Assembly: GCA_043778225.1 (NCBI GenBank)
Contig: JAYWGM010000002.1
Coordinates: 1-55,939 of the forward strand
DNA length: 55,939 bases
Reading direction: 5' to 3'
DNA from: Deinococcales bacterium
Lineage (GTDB): Bacteria; Deinococcota; Deinococci; Deinococcales; JAAFIG01
The notes below the pieces were generated by a model. The model worked only from the letters and a program-made list of their open reading frames with translations. It ran no database searches and was not told the origin of the DNA. Shown here in pieces: positions 8,955 through 18,127 of this stretch. Position 1 is the stretch's first letter, and the number at the start of each line of letters is the position of its first letter. Both the position numbers and the translations under genes were made by a program.

Positions 8955-9122
8955 TTACTTGAGGATGCTCACGATAGCGGCGATTAAACCGCTTATCAGT
9001 GTCACAATGGCTGCCCAGAATTGCGTGATTTGCGTTGCAGTTTTACGTGCTTGGCGTTGACGCTTGGCTGGAACTTGCGGTTTCAACCGTTTTTTGGTAC
9101 GCTTTTTGTGTCGGATATACAA
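8955..9122 (-). CDS. Small basic protein with C-terminal TM helix, type I toxin-like
   Basis: LYIRHKKRTKKRLKPQVPAKRQRQARKTATQITQFWAAIVTLISGLIAAIVSILK*; AAAGGAGGTG SD paired with upstream ACCTCC; start codon unclear. Confidence 0.55.
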   Translation of the reverse strand: MYIRHKKRTKKRLKPQVPAKRQRQARKTATQITQFWAAIVTLISGLIAAIVSILK

Positions 9123-9651
9123 CACCTCCTTTAACGGAGGTAAATTACCCGCACCCTCTTGAGACAGGGTGCGGGTTTCTCCGTTTTACGGGTTTGCCCA
9201 CATTCCCTGTGGATCAAAACCATCTGACCCAGAGAAGCTACGCAAAAAACATAACACGCTCGAGATACTTTGTGAAGTATCGCAAAACAGGATTCTCGAG
9301 TCGCCCCAACGACCGGACAACCCGACTACTCGAGTACCTACACCCTCGATGCTTACGGCAGACGATTAGCCACCACAGGCGGCAAGTACAACCAATTCAC
9401 CAAGCGCTATAACCCCGACGGACAAACCGCAGAATTTAACCGCGCCCCAAAAGGTGCAGATGGCGGCAGTGGCTACATTAACAGCATCGAATGGTACAAC
9501 ACCTATATTCTGGCATTTAGATACGACCCACAAGGACAACAAATCCTAAGCGCAGATTCTGGTTTTACCGATTACAGTGGAACAGGACCACACTTTGCAG
9601 TCAATCGTCAAACCTACGCCACCTACTCGAGCGACGGAGAAGTGCAAATGA

Positions 9652-9773
9652 TACCAAATTTCGGAAGTTCCTAAGAACTTCCCGACCAAAGGGAGTGAAA
9701 AAAAGACCGTCTTTGACGGATACGGCGTATTTTGCGCTTTTGCGGAATACAGAGTATCTATGTAAAGACGGTA
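9652..9773. mobile_element. 122-bp modular small repeat (SNR/MITE-like) with TGA target duplication
   Basis: TGA|TACCAAATT-hairpin-CCCGACCAAAGGGAGT-long hairpin-CGGTA|TGA; related element at 55843. Confidence 0.75.
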
Positions 9774-10310
9774 TGATTAGCGCTCGAGACGGTGTGGTGG
9801 CAAATAGTCGAGCTTGTAGCGTGGCGATTTTCTGGTGTATTTTGCCTTACGATGTGGTCACAAATACATGGGATAGCCCAGCCAATAATGAAGACAACGA
9901 ACAACAACCTGCAAAATCCTATGCTCGAGTCTATGACCGCACCTTTGGTCTGGCAGATGGTCTTAAATCCAAATCATGGGCAGTCCAACAACCCTTTGAC
10001 CTCATCCCAACCCAAAACGGACAACTCGCCCTCGAGACACCCCAAACTGCTCAATCTACTTCATTAGGTCTAAACCCAGTAGCGGTAGCGGCACCAAACA
10101 CAGTCTCGAGTCCACCAGTCAATCCAGTCACAGTTACCCCACCAGTCATCACTGCCCCAACTGGCACAAACTCGAGTCCAGCCCCGCAAACCACCCCAGC
10201 CCCAAAAGCCACCCCGCAAGCCGCAAGTACCCCAGTCTCGAGTAATCCAGTCTCGAGTCCAACAGTGACTGCCCCACCAATTGGTAGTACCACCCCAGCC
10301 CCAGTCTCGA

Positions 10311-10527
10311 GCAACCCAAGCCCAGCCCCAACCTTGAGCCAACCAATTGCCCTTCCAGCCCCTGTCAACACCTTGCCAAGTACCATCTCGAGTGCTGTCA
10401 ACCCAACCAGTACCCAAAGCCCAGCATCCTCGAGTCTCCCAATCATCAATCCAATAACGATTACCGCACCGAATCAGGTTGCCCCGCCTGTTGTTGGCTC
10501 GAGTAGTGCTGTGCCTGCGCCTGTAGG
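10311..10527 (+). repeat. Stalk homology block, copy C
   Basis: NPSPAPTLSQPIALPAPVNTLPSTISSAVNPTSTQSP...NQVAPP; truncated next to livF. Confidence 0.9.
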
Positions 10528-10578
10528 TATGCTTAAAGATACCTATGGGAGTGCTAGGTCAGCACTCCCATACTCACA

Positions 10579-11376
10579 TTAATCTTCGCCAAGGTACTTT
10601 TTGCGGACAGCTTCGTTGTTTTTAAGGTCGTTGCCCGTGCCTTGCAGCACGATTTCGCCGGTTTGCAGCACGTAGCCACGGTGCGAGATGCCCAGTGCCA
10701 TCAGGGCGTTTTGCTCGACCAACAGAATGGTTTTGCCAGCTTTATTAAGCGCCACAACGCTGTCAAAAATCGTTTCGACAAATAACGGGCTTAAACCCAT
10801 GCTTGGTTCGTCCAAAAGAATTAACTCGGGGTCAATCATCAAGGCTCGAGCAAAGGCTAACATTTGTTGCTCGCCACCCGATAATGTGCCGCCCATTTGG
10901 CTTTGGCGTTCGCGCAGACGAGGAAAAATTTCAAAACCCTGCTGCATTCTTTGCTCAATCACTTTCTTGTCTTGCACCGTAAACGCACCCAACTCGAGGT
11001 TTTCTTTAACGCTTAAACGCGGGAAAATCCTACGTCCTTCGGGAACATGAGCCAAGCCCATCTTCACAATATCGTGTGGCGCAGTTGTGTTGAGGTTCTG
11101 ACCTTTGTATTTAACAAAGCCTTGCTTGGGTGGCTTGAGCATTGAAATGGTACGGAGTGTGGTGGTTTTTCCTGCGCCATTGCCACCAATTAAGCAGACA
11201 ATTTCGCCTTTGGCAACCGTAAACGATAAGCCTTTGAGGGCGTGAATCTGTCCGTAATAGGTGTGTAAATCAGAAATCTCGAGCATCAATTCGCTGCGAG
11301 TTTCGGGCTTTGATTCGCCTCGAGTTTCGGGTTTTGATTCGCCTCGAGTTTCGGGTTTCAAATTTGAATCGCTCAT
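10579..11376 (-). CDS. livF: Branched-chain amino acid ABC ATPase
   Basis: GGNGAGKTT, HVPEGRRIF, LSGGEQQM, LLDEPSMGL. Confidence 0.95.
   Translation of the reverse strand: MSDSNLKPETRGESKPETRGESKPETRSELMLEISDLHTYYGQIHALKGLSFTVAKGEIVCLIGGNGAGKTTTLRTISMLKPPKQGFVKYKGQNLNTTAPHDIVKMGLAHVPEGRRIFPRLSVKENLELGAFTVQDKKVIEQRMQQGFEIFPRLRERQSQMGGTLSGGEQQMLAFARALMIDPELILLDEPSMGLSPLFVETIFDSVVALNKAGKTILLVEQNALMALGISHRGYVLQTGEIVLQGTGNDLKNNEAVRKKYLGED
11296..11358. repeat. 24-bp coding tandem repeat (KPETRGES) at LivF N-terminus
   Basis: GATTCGCCTCGAGTTTCGGGTTTT unit, about 2.5 copies. Confidence 0.85.
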
Positions 11377-12182
11377 GCGGCTTCACCTCCAGCTTCGGCA
11401 TTCTTACCGAATTCGCCAGCCGCCGCGCCGCGCCCAAGGTAGGCTTCGATCACTTGTGGGTTATTGCGTACCTCGAATGGTAAACCTTCGGCGATTTTTG
11501 TACCATAATCCAAGACCGTCACATTGTCCGAAATGGTCATGACGACGCGCATATCGTGTTCGATTAAAACCACAGTAATACCTTGCTCGTCGCGCAAACG
11601 CCTAATCAGGTGCTTGGTGGCTTCGGTTTCTTGGGGGTTCATACCGGCGGTCGGTTCATCCAATAAAATCATTTTCGGACTGGTCGCCAGCGCTCGAGCA
11701 ATCTCGAGCCGACGCTGTTCGCCATATGGCAGATTAGCCGCCAGTTCATCGCGTTTCTCGAGTAAACCAACAAATTCGAGCAGTTCTTTGGCGCGCAGTA
11801 AACCAGCCCGTTCATCGGCTTTGTAGTTGTTATTGTGCAAAATTGCATCCAGAAAACTGGTCGTGGCTCTGGTGTGCCGTCCAACCAGCACATTCTCGAG
11901 GGTCGTCATTGCGCCAAACAGCCGAATGTTCTGAAAAGTTCTGGCAATACCCTTAGCCGTCACTTCGTCTGGGCGTAAGCCAATCATGTTCTGACCATCG
12001 AACAAAATTTCGCCCGAAGTTGGTTTGTAAATACCAGTAATCATGTTAAAAAACGTGGTTTTACCTGCGCCGTTTGGTCCAATAACAGAAATAATGCTTT
12101 TTTCGGGAACTTGGAAAGTCACGTCGTTAACTGCTGTTAAACCACCGAAAACTTTACGGGCTTTGGTCACATTCAAAAGCAT
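11373..12182 (-). CDS. livG: Branched-chain amino acid ABC ATPase
   Basis: GPNGAGKTT, RTFQNIRLF, LPYGEQRRLEIARAL. Confidence 0.95.
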   Translation of the reverse strand: MLLNVTKARKVFGGLTAVNDVTFQVPEKSIISVIGPNGAGKTTFFNMITGIYKPTSGEILFDGQNMIGLRPDEVTAKGIARTFQNIRLFGAMTTLENVLVGRHTRATTSFLDAILHNNNYKADERAGLLRAKELLEFVGLLEKRDELAANLPYGEQRRLEIARALATSPKMILLDEPTAGMNPQETEATKHLIRRLRDEQGITVVLIEHDMRVVMTISDNVTVLDYGTKIAEGLPFEVRNNPQVIEAYLGRGAAAGEFGKNAEAGGEAA

Positions 12183-13465
12183 TATTTCACCACCTTAGCA
12201 AGTTCGCCGTGGTCAAGATTCTCGAGTTTAGCGGGGTTGCGCTTGGCTGGCACAAGTCCTTTGGGGCGCAGAATCATCATCGCAATCAGGATTACGCCGT
12301 AAATAAGCTGCTGATATTGGGTTGGGTCAAAACGCGGCGGCAGTTTAATCAGTTGCAACACCCGACTGATTTCGACCAGCACCAGTTGATTTAAGGCAAT
12401 CACAATTGCCGCACCAACAATCACGCCCTGAATGCTGCCTAAGCCACCCAGCACGACCATCGCAAGGATTTGGGTACTGCGCTCAAAGTTAAAGTCGTTG
12501 GGTGAAATAAAACCAATCACAGCGGCGTACAAAACACCCATTGCTCCAGCAAAACTTGCCCCTGTGGCAAAGGCAATCAGCTTGGTGCGAACCAATGGAA
12601 TCCCCATGGCTTGGGCTGCCACTTCGTCTTCGCGCATCGCCACCCACGCCCGCCCAATTCTCGAGTTATCTAAGCGCGTTACAAAGACTGCCACGGCTGC
12701 CACAACAACTAAAATCAGCACATAGTACATGGTTAATTGCATCTGAAAAAATGGTATTCCCGTGGCTTCAGAAAGCGGCACTGTAATAAATGCCAATGGG
12801 CTGTTATCAGGATTTGGTGCAATCCGCACTCCCTGCGAACCATTGGTGATGTTGATGGGTTTATTTAAGTTGTTTGCCAAAACCCGAATCACTTCGCCTA
12901 AACCGAGCGTAATAATTGCCAAGTAATCACCCTTAACTTTTAAGACAGGCAACCCCAGCAGCGCTCCAAACCCAGCCGCCACAAACAGCGCTAAAGGAAT
13001 AAACAAAAACACAAAATTGCCATTTAATGGAAAGTTATTACCGGCAATAAATTCGTTGGCTTGTGAACCCGCAAAAATCGCCCAGAGGTATGCACCCACC
13101 GCAAAAAATGCGGCGTACCCAAGGTCGAGCAGCCCCGCAAAACCAACCACCACATTTAGACCCAGCGACATGGCTGCAAAAATACAAATCGTGACCGCCA
13201 CTTGTAAATAAAGCGAGTTGGTAAAACCAATCATTGGAATACCGATGGCTAAAACCAGCACAAAAACCGCAATCTGGGCGGCTCGAGAAACTTTCCAAGA
13301 ACCTGCAAAATACAGATTTAAGCAAAAAAACATCACCACTGGCGTGACATAATAACTTTCAATGCCATTCTTTTGCAGCACCATAAAGTAGGCAACTAAG
13401 CCGCTAATAACCGTTGAGGCAATCAATAAAACACTGCGGTCTGGTAAAGGAGTTGTTTGGCTCAT
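12182..13465 (-). CDS. livM: Branched-chain amino acid ABC permease
   Basis: GFAGLLDLGYAAF, GDYLAIITLG, AMREDEVAA. Confidence 0.95.
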   Translation of the reverse strand: MSQTTPLPDRSVLLIASTVISGLVAYFMVLQKNGIESYYVTPVVMFFCLNLYFAGSWKVSRAAQIAVFVLVLAIGIPMIGFTNSLYLQVAVTICIFAAMSLGLNVVVGFAGLLDLGYAAFFAVGAYLWAIFAGSQANEFIAGNNFPLNGNFVFLFIPLALFVAAGFGALLGLPVLKVKGDYLAIITLGLGEVIRVLANNLNKPINITNGSQGVRIAPNPDNSPLAFITVPLSEATGIPFFQMQLTMYYVLILVVVAAVAVFVTRLDNSRIGRAWVAMREDEVAAQAMGIPLVRTKLIAFATGASFAGAMGVLYAAVIGFISPNDFNFERSTQILAMVVLGGLGSIQGVIVGAAIVIALNQLVLVEISRVLQLIKLPPRFDPTQYQQLIYGVILIAMMILRPKGLVPAKRNPAKLENLDHGELAKVVK

Positions 13466-14433
13466 ACTTTTTCTGCCACCGCCTTTCCAAGTAAGCCGGC
13501 TGGCTTAAAAATCAGAATCGCAATTAAAAGCCCAAACGCTACAATGTCTTTATATTCTGTACCAATCTGTTCGTTGGTCATGAGCGGTAAATATGTACCA
13601 GCCAGTGTCTCGAGTAAACCAAGCAGCAACCCGCCAACCACTGCTCCCGGAATGCTGCCAATGCCACCCAAAACAGCCGCCGTAAAGGCTTTTAGCCCCG
13701 GAATAAAGCCCATGACTGGCGATGCCACCCCGTACTTGAGGGCATACAACACCCCCGCCACGCCACCCAGCGCTCCACCAATAAAAAAGGTCAGGACAAT
13801 AATGTTGGAAACATTGATGCCCATTAAACTCGAGGTCGCTTGGTCTTGGGCAACCGCCCGAATACCACGCCCAAGGTTGGTGTAATTGATTAAATAGACC
13901 AAGCCAGCCAGCATCAGCATGACCACCACAAAAACCGTAATGGTTTTATAGTTGATCGAAACCAGATCAAAAACATTGACATTCTGTGAAAAAAACTCAT
14001 AAGAACCACTGGATGGAAACGGACGATTTGGATTGGCTGGATTCAAAATAAGCCGCATCACATCTATTAAAAGTAGGCTCATACCAATTGCCGAAATAAG
14101 CGGCACGAGCTTGGGCGCATTTCGCATTCGTAACGGACGGTAAGCAATCCGCTCAATCGCCACTGCCAGTACCCCAGAAACGGCTGCCGCCACCACAATC
14201 GCAATAATCACCTGAATAAGCGGATGCAAACCAGTTGGAATCAGAACCGCCGTAATCAGTTCCACACCAACCACCGCCCCAACCATAAAAATTTCTGAAT
14301 GGGCGAAGTTAATAAACTCGAGAACGCCGTAAACCATGGTGTAGCCAAGCGCAATCACGGCGTACATAAAACCGATCGACAAACCATCAACAATGGTCGG
14401 TGGAAGCAAAGCAAAGAATAATTCTGCTGACAT
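13462..14433 (-). CDS. livH: Branched-chain amino acid ABC permease
   Basis: ALGYTMVYGVLEFINFAH; start moved to ATG 14433 behind AGAGG. Confidence 0.95.
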   Translation of the reverse strand: MSAELFFALLPPTIVDGLSIGFMYAVIALGYTMVYGVLEFINFAHSEIFMVGAVVGVELITAVLIPTGLHPLIQVIIAIVVAAAVSGVLAVAIERIAYRPLRMRNAPKLVPLISAIGMSLLLIDVMRLILNPANPNRPFPSSGSYEFFSQNVNVFDLVSINYKTITVFVVVMLMLAGLVYLINYTNLGRGIRAVAQDQATSSLMGINVSNIIVLTFFIGGALGGVAGVLYALKYGVASPVMGFIPGLKAFTAAVLGGIGSIPGAVVGGLLLGLLETLAGTYLPLMTNEQIGTEYKDIVAFGLLIAILIFKPAGLLGKAVAEKV

Positions 14434-14485
14434 ATTTAACCTCTGGTAGCTCGAGTATAGAGACTTACTTGCCTCGAGAAACGAC

Positions 14486-14508
14486 AAAAGGACGGGTTTC
14501 CCCGTCCT
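14486..14508 (-). terminator. Stem-loop between livK and livH
   Basis: AAGGACGGG-ttt-CCCGTCCTT. Confidence 0.7.
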
Positions 14509-14526
14509 TAATTGTGTTTAGGACAT

Positions 14527-15690
14527 TTACTTCAAGTCTGGAGTTGGAGCAGAAACACTGACGATTTTGTTGACTTTGTTGTCGTCGTAGTTGTTCTGAG
14601 CAGCCACAATCACATATTTTGCAACTGGCAAATCGCCACGGTTATTAAAGGCAATTGCGCCAGTGATACCTTGGAATTTAACTTGACGCACTGCCGCCGC
14701 CACAGTTTCGCGGCTTGGCTTGCCTTTTTTGGCAGATGCAGCAATAGCGCGAATGACCACGCGAGCAGCATCGTAGCCGTAAGCAGCATAACCTTCAGCA
14801 GTCACATCAAAAGCCTTGTTGTAGCGTTGTGCAAAGCTCTTGGCGGCTGGGAGGCTCGAGAGTGGTACGGCGGTGGTGGTGAAGTAAACATTCTTCATGT
14901 CGCCACCCAAGGCTTGCAAGTCAGAGCCGTCCAAGCCGTCGCCACCAACGAATGGTTGGTTAAGACCTTTGGCACGCATTTGCTTGAGCAAAGGACCAGC
15001 TTGGTCGTAAATACCAGCGTAGTAAACAACATCTGGCTTCTCGGCAGCCGCACGGTTGAGGATGCTGGCAAAGTCGCGCTCGGAGGCTTCGATACCAATG
15101 GGAGTGGTGCTTGCGCCCAAGGCTTTGGCGCGACCATCAAAGGCTGCCGCTAAACCTTCGCCGTAGGCAGTTTTGTCGTTAATCACGTAAATCTTTTTGG
15201 CTTTCAGGGTGGTGACCACATAATCTGCACCGGCTGGTCCTTGAACGTCGTCGCGTCCGCAAATGCGGTTGGCAACTTTAACGGTCGAGGTGCGGTCTGT
15301 GACCAACGGGTTGGTGTTGGCTGGAGAAACCATGGCTAAACCGACACGAGCATAAACTTCGCTCGAAGGAATAGCTACGCCCGAGTTCAAGTGACCAACA
15401 ACACCGAGAATATCGTTGTCGTTAATCATACGGTTGGCATTTGCCACGCCTTGTTCGGCTTTGGCTTGGTCATCGAATGGAGCGTACTCGAGCTTAAAGC
15501 CCAAGCTGGTAATCAGTTTACCCTCGTCGGTGATTGCCAAACGCACACCATTGCTGATGGCGACACCGAGCTTGCTCTGACCGCCGCTAAGCGGTGTTTG
15601 TGAAGCAATTTTGATAACACCTTTGTTCTGAGCTTCTGCACCGATTGCAAGTGCTGCCAATACTGCCAAACCAACGAAACGTTTCTTCAT
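14527..15690 (-). CDS. livK: Branched-chain amino acid ABC substrate-binding protein
   Basis: Signal peptide, GVVGHLNSGVAIP, RICGRDDVQG; AGGAGG RBS. Confidence 0.92.
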   Translation of the reverse strand: MKKRFVGLAVLAALAIGAEAQNKGVIKIASQTPLSGGQSKLGVAISNGVRLAITDEGKLITSLGFKLEYAPFDDQAKAEQGVANANRMINDNDILGVVGHLNSGVAIPSSEVYARVGLAMVSPANTNPLVTDRTSTVKVANRICGRDDVQGPAGADYVVTTLKAKKIYVINDKTAYGEGLAAAFDGRAKALGASTTPIGIEASERDFASILNRAAAEKPDVVYYAGIYDQAGPLLKQMRAKGLNQPFVGGDGLDGSDLQALGGDMKNVYFTTTAVPLSSLPAAKSFAQRYNKAFDVTAEGYAAYGYDAARVVIRAIAASAKKGKPSRETVAAAVRQVKFQGITGAIAFNNRGDLPVAKYVIVAAQNNYDDNKVNKIVSVSAPTPDLK

Positions 15691-15766
15691 CCCATCCTCC
15701 TAAAACTGTAGAACAAGTCACCTCGGGTCTCGAGACAAGCGTTTGTTCTTATGATAAATCTCGCGG

Positions 15767-15796
15767 ATTCTACGCAAAATAAAAGCGCACTGTCAA
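15767..15796 (-). promoter_or_regulatory. Sigma-70 promoter of liv operon
   Basis: TTGACA-N18-TAGAAT on minus strand. Confidence 0.7.
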
Positions 15797-16020
15797 TCTC
15801 TCGAGTTCGTTTTCTGGATTAAATTCAGTACAAAGCCAGTACAAAAACTCGAGTTCAAAATAAATCAATGCCGTTATTCAAAGACTCGAGGTGCATAATT
15901 GGAGTTATTTAATGAGTCAATGATGCCGAAAAGCATTCGGATTTTTAATTGTAGTCAAGACTCAAAAGCGTTAAGGTTTAGGTTAAAACCTCGCCCGATT
16001 CGCTTTTTGACTGATAAAAC

Positions 16021-16893
16021 CTACTGAGCAATTTTTGCCGCAAAGGCTGCTAAGGCAGGCAAATCAAGATTATCCCACTCGAGCATCAGGCTTGGTTTCT
16101 TAGTATTGGCAGCACTGCGCTCGAGCAATTTGCGGTGGGCGTGGGCGTTGGGTTGCGCCAGATAGACCAAGCCACGCACCGCCGCTTTGGCAGCCAGTAA
16201 CTTTGCACCACCAATCATTTCATGGTCTATGGCTAAGAGGTTGGCGTTAATTCGCTGCCCCTCTTCGATGGCTCGAGGGCGGGGCATGGCGACAATCGAA
16301 ATGGCGTGTAAGCCAGCTTGCTCGAGCGCCACCAAACTATTTTCTATTAAAAATGGTTGCTCGAGCAAAATAGGATCAGCCACCAGACCAACCGTGGTGC
16401 GCCCAGCGTATTGCCACATCGGTTCTGGATGATTGACTGGCTTTAAGCCAGCCTGTAATTTGTCCAAAGAACGCCGCACCACTTGGGCGTTGCCCGTCAA
16501 GGCTTGCCCCAGACGAACCGCCATGGCAGTGGTCTCTTGGGTCTCGAGTCTGGCGGGAACTTTATAAATCGTTGGCAGGCTAAAACGCTGTCCAAGCATG
16601 GTTGGTAAATCCACCAGCCACGGCTCGAGTGCAGCCCCGCGACTGCCGGGTTCTGCCCCGGGGCTGATGTCTGGAATCAGTAGGCTTTCAACTTCGGTCG
16701 AGAGTTCAAAAACCCGCCCAACCAAAAGCTGCATCGTGATGGGTTCGTCGGGCATGGCGTTCTGACCAACTTTTAAGGAATCGGCAAAACTGGCTTTGGG
16801 CAGCACAACTTCCATCCCAATGCCTTCAAGAAAAGTTGTCCACCATCTGCCATAACGATCAAAAAGCACTGTGTCTGGAAGTCCAATCCGCAT
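16021..16893 (-). CDS. Acyl-CoA dehydratase activase-related (DUF2229-like) protein
   Basis: MRIGLP..LF.RY...W..FLE..G.EVV N-terminus; TAGACT-N7-ATG start. Confidence 0.65.
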   Translation of the reverse strand: MRIGLPDTVLFDRYGRWWTTFLEGIGMEVVLPKASFADSLKVGQNAMPDEPITMQLLVGRVFELSTEVESLLIPDISPGAEPGSRGAALEPWLVDLPTMLGQRFSLPTIYKVPARLETQETTAMAVRLGQALTGNAQVVRRSLDKLQAGLKPVNHPEPMWQYAGRTTVGLVADPILLEQPFLIENSLVALEQAGLHAISIVAMPRPRAIEEGQRINANLLAIDHEMIGGAKLLAAKAAVRGLVYLAQPNAHAHRKLLERSAANTKKPSLMLEWDNLDLPALAAFAAKIAQ

Positions 16894-17004
16894 TCTTGGC
16901 AGTCTAAGCTATTCACGGGGTAGACTATTGCCCTCTTTGCGGTAAACTAGGGAAAACTCGAGGCAACTCGGGTGACGCTTGAGAGCGTTATTGGGAGGCA
17001 AGAA

Positions 17005-17802
17005 GTGAAGGGAAATGTAATTGTTGTGACCTCGGGAAAAGGTGGGGTCGGTAAAACCACCACCAGTGCTAACATAGCCACAGGTCTAGCCAAGCTCGGC
17101 GAAAAGGTTTGTGTCATTGATGTGGACGTTGGTTTACGCAACCTCGATAGCATTATGGGTCTCGAGGGTCGGGTGGTCTACGACTTGGTGGATGTGATTG
17201 AAGGCAAGTGCAAACTGCGCCAAGCGATGATTAAGGATAAACGGGTCGAGGATTTGTACCTCATTCCAGCTTCTGGAACTCGAGACAAAGATGCTTTAAC
17301 GATAGATGGGATGCACGACCTGGTGCGCCGCTTACTCGAGGAAGAAGGCATGACCCGCGTGATTCTTGACTCGCCCGCCGGTATCGAAGCTGGCTTTAAG
17401 ACCGCCGCCGCCCCTGCCAATGCAGCTTTGGTGGTGGTCAACCCCGAAAGCTCGAGCATCCGCGATGCCGACCGCATTATTGGGCTGCTCGAACCGCAAG
17501 GGATTTCTGAAGTGCGTTTAATCATCAATCGTTTGCGCCCCAAGATGGTCTTAAAAGCAGAAATGCTCTCGGTCGAAGATGTGGTTAGTTTGCTTGGGGC
17601 AAAGCCAATCGGCATTATTCCCGAAGACGAAAACATTTTAATCTCGACCAATAAAGGCACACCGATTGTTTTGGACACCAACTTCAAAGCGGGCAGCGCC
17701 TTTTGGGATGCCGCCCGACGGATTCACGGCGAAGACGTGCCGTTTCCGTCGCTCGAGGAAAAAGTTGGCTGGTTTGAGCGTTTATTTGGAGGAGGTCGGT
17801 AA
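17005..17802 (+). CDS. minD: Septum site-determining ATPase
   Basis: TSGKGGVGKTT, DVGLRNLD, DSPAGIE, C-terminal amphipathic WFERLF; GGAGG before GTG 17005. Confidence 0.97.
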   Translation: MKGNVIVVTSGKGGVGKTTTSANIATGLAKLGEKVCVIDVDVGLRNLDSIMGLEGRVVYDLVDVIEGKCKLRQAMIKDKRVEDLYLIPASGTRDKDALTIDGMHDLVRRLLEEEGMTRVILDSPAGIEAGFKTAAAPANAALVVVNPESSSIRDADRIIGLLEPQGISEVRLIINRLRPKMVLKAEMLSVEDVVSLLGAKPIGIIPEDENILISTNKGTPIVLDTNFKAGSAFWDAARRIHGEDVPFPSLEEKVGWFERLFGGGR

Positions 17803-17804
17803 TC

Positions 17805-18041
17805 ATGTTTAGCTTTTGGGGTAAAAAAAAGGGCAGTGCCGACACCTTAAAAAATCGTTTGCAAGTCATGCTGGCGTATGACCGGGCTGGCTTACCGCCT
17901 GGCAAAGAACAAATGCTGCGCGATGAACTGCTGGGAGTCTTAAAAAAATACTTTCCCAACGCCCAGAATTTCCATATGGATATGCAGCGCGACGGCGAAG
18001 GCGAAGCCATGATTCTCAAAGCCGATATTCCACTCAAGTAA
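17805..18041 (+). CDS. minE: Cell division topological specificity factor
   Basis: SADTLKNRLQVMLAYDR, follows minD. Confidence 0.93.
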   Translation: MFSFWGKKKGSADTLKNRLQVMLAYDRAGLPPGKEQMLRDELLGVLKKYFPNAQNFHMDMQRDGEGEAMILKADIPLK

Positions 18042-18127
18042 GGCAAGAGAAAAAGGTGAAAAGTTTTTCCCTTAACCTTTTCACCTTTTTCCCTTTTCAC
18101 CTTTTTCCCTTTTCACCTAGGTCTTTT

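Larger units (their letters stand above)
9276..10582 (+). pseudogene. Rhs/YD-repeat protein fragment leading into the P/S/T stalk, interrupted by an insertion
   Basis: Frame 9276-9673 reads YTLDAYGRR, RYNPDGQ, FRYDPQGQQI; removing the 9652-9773 element plus one TSD fuses ...EVQMI-SARDG... with ORF 9695-10582. Confidence 0.7.

Noticed and set aside
9035..9412. ORF-track 125-aa and 66-aa ORFs
   Set aside because: They cross hairpins and the minus-strand small gene; the YD-repeat signal is mainly in another frame
9695..9772. N-terminus of the 295-aa ORF as a genuine gene start
   Set aside because: These codons lie inside the inserted 122-bp element
3049..10527. Diversity-generating retroelement (TR/VR pair)
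   Set aside because: No reverse transcriptase in the window; differences between copies look mostly synonymous rather than adenine-specific
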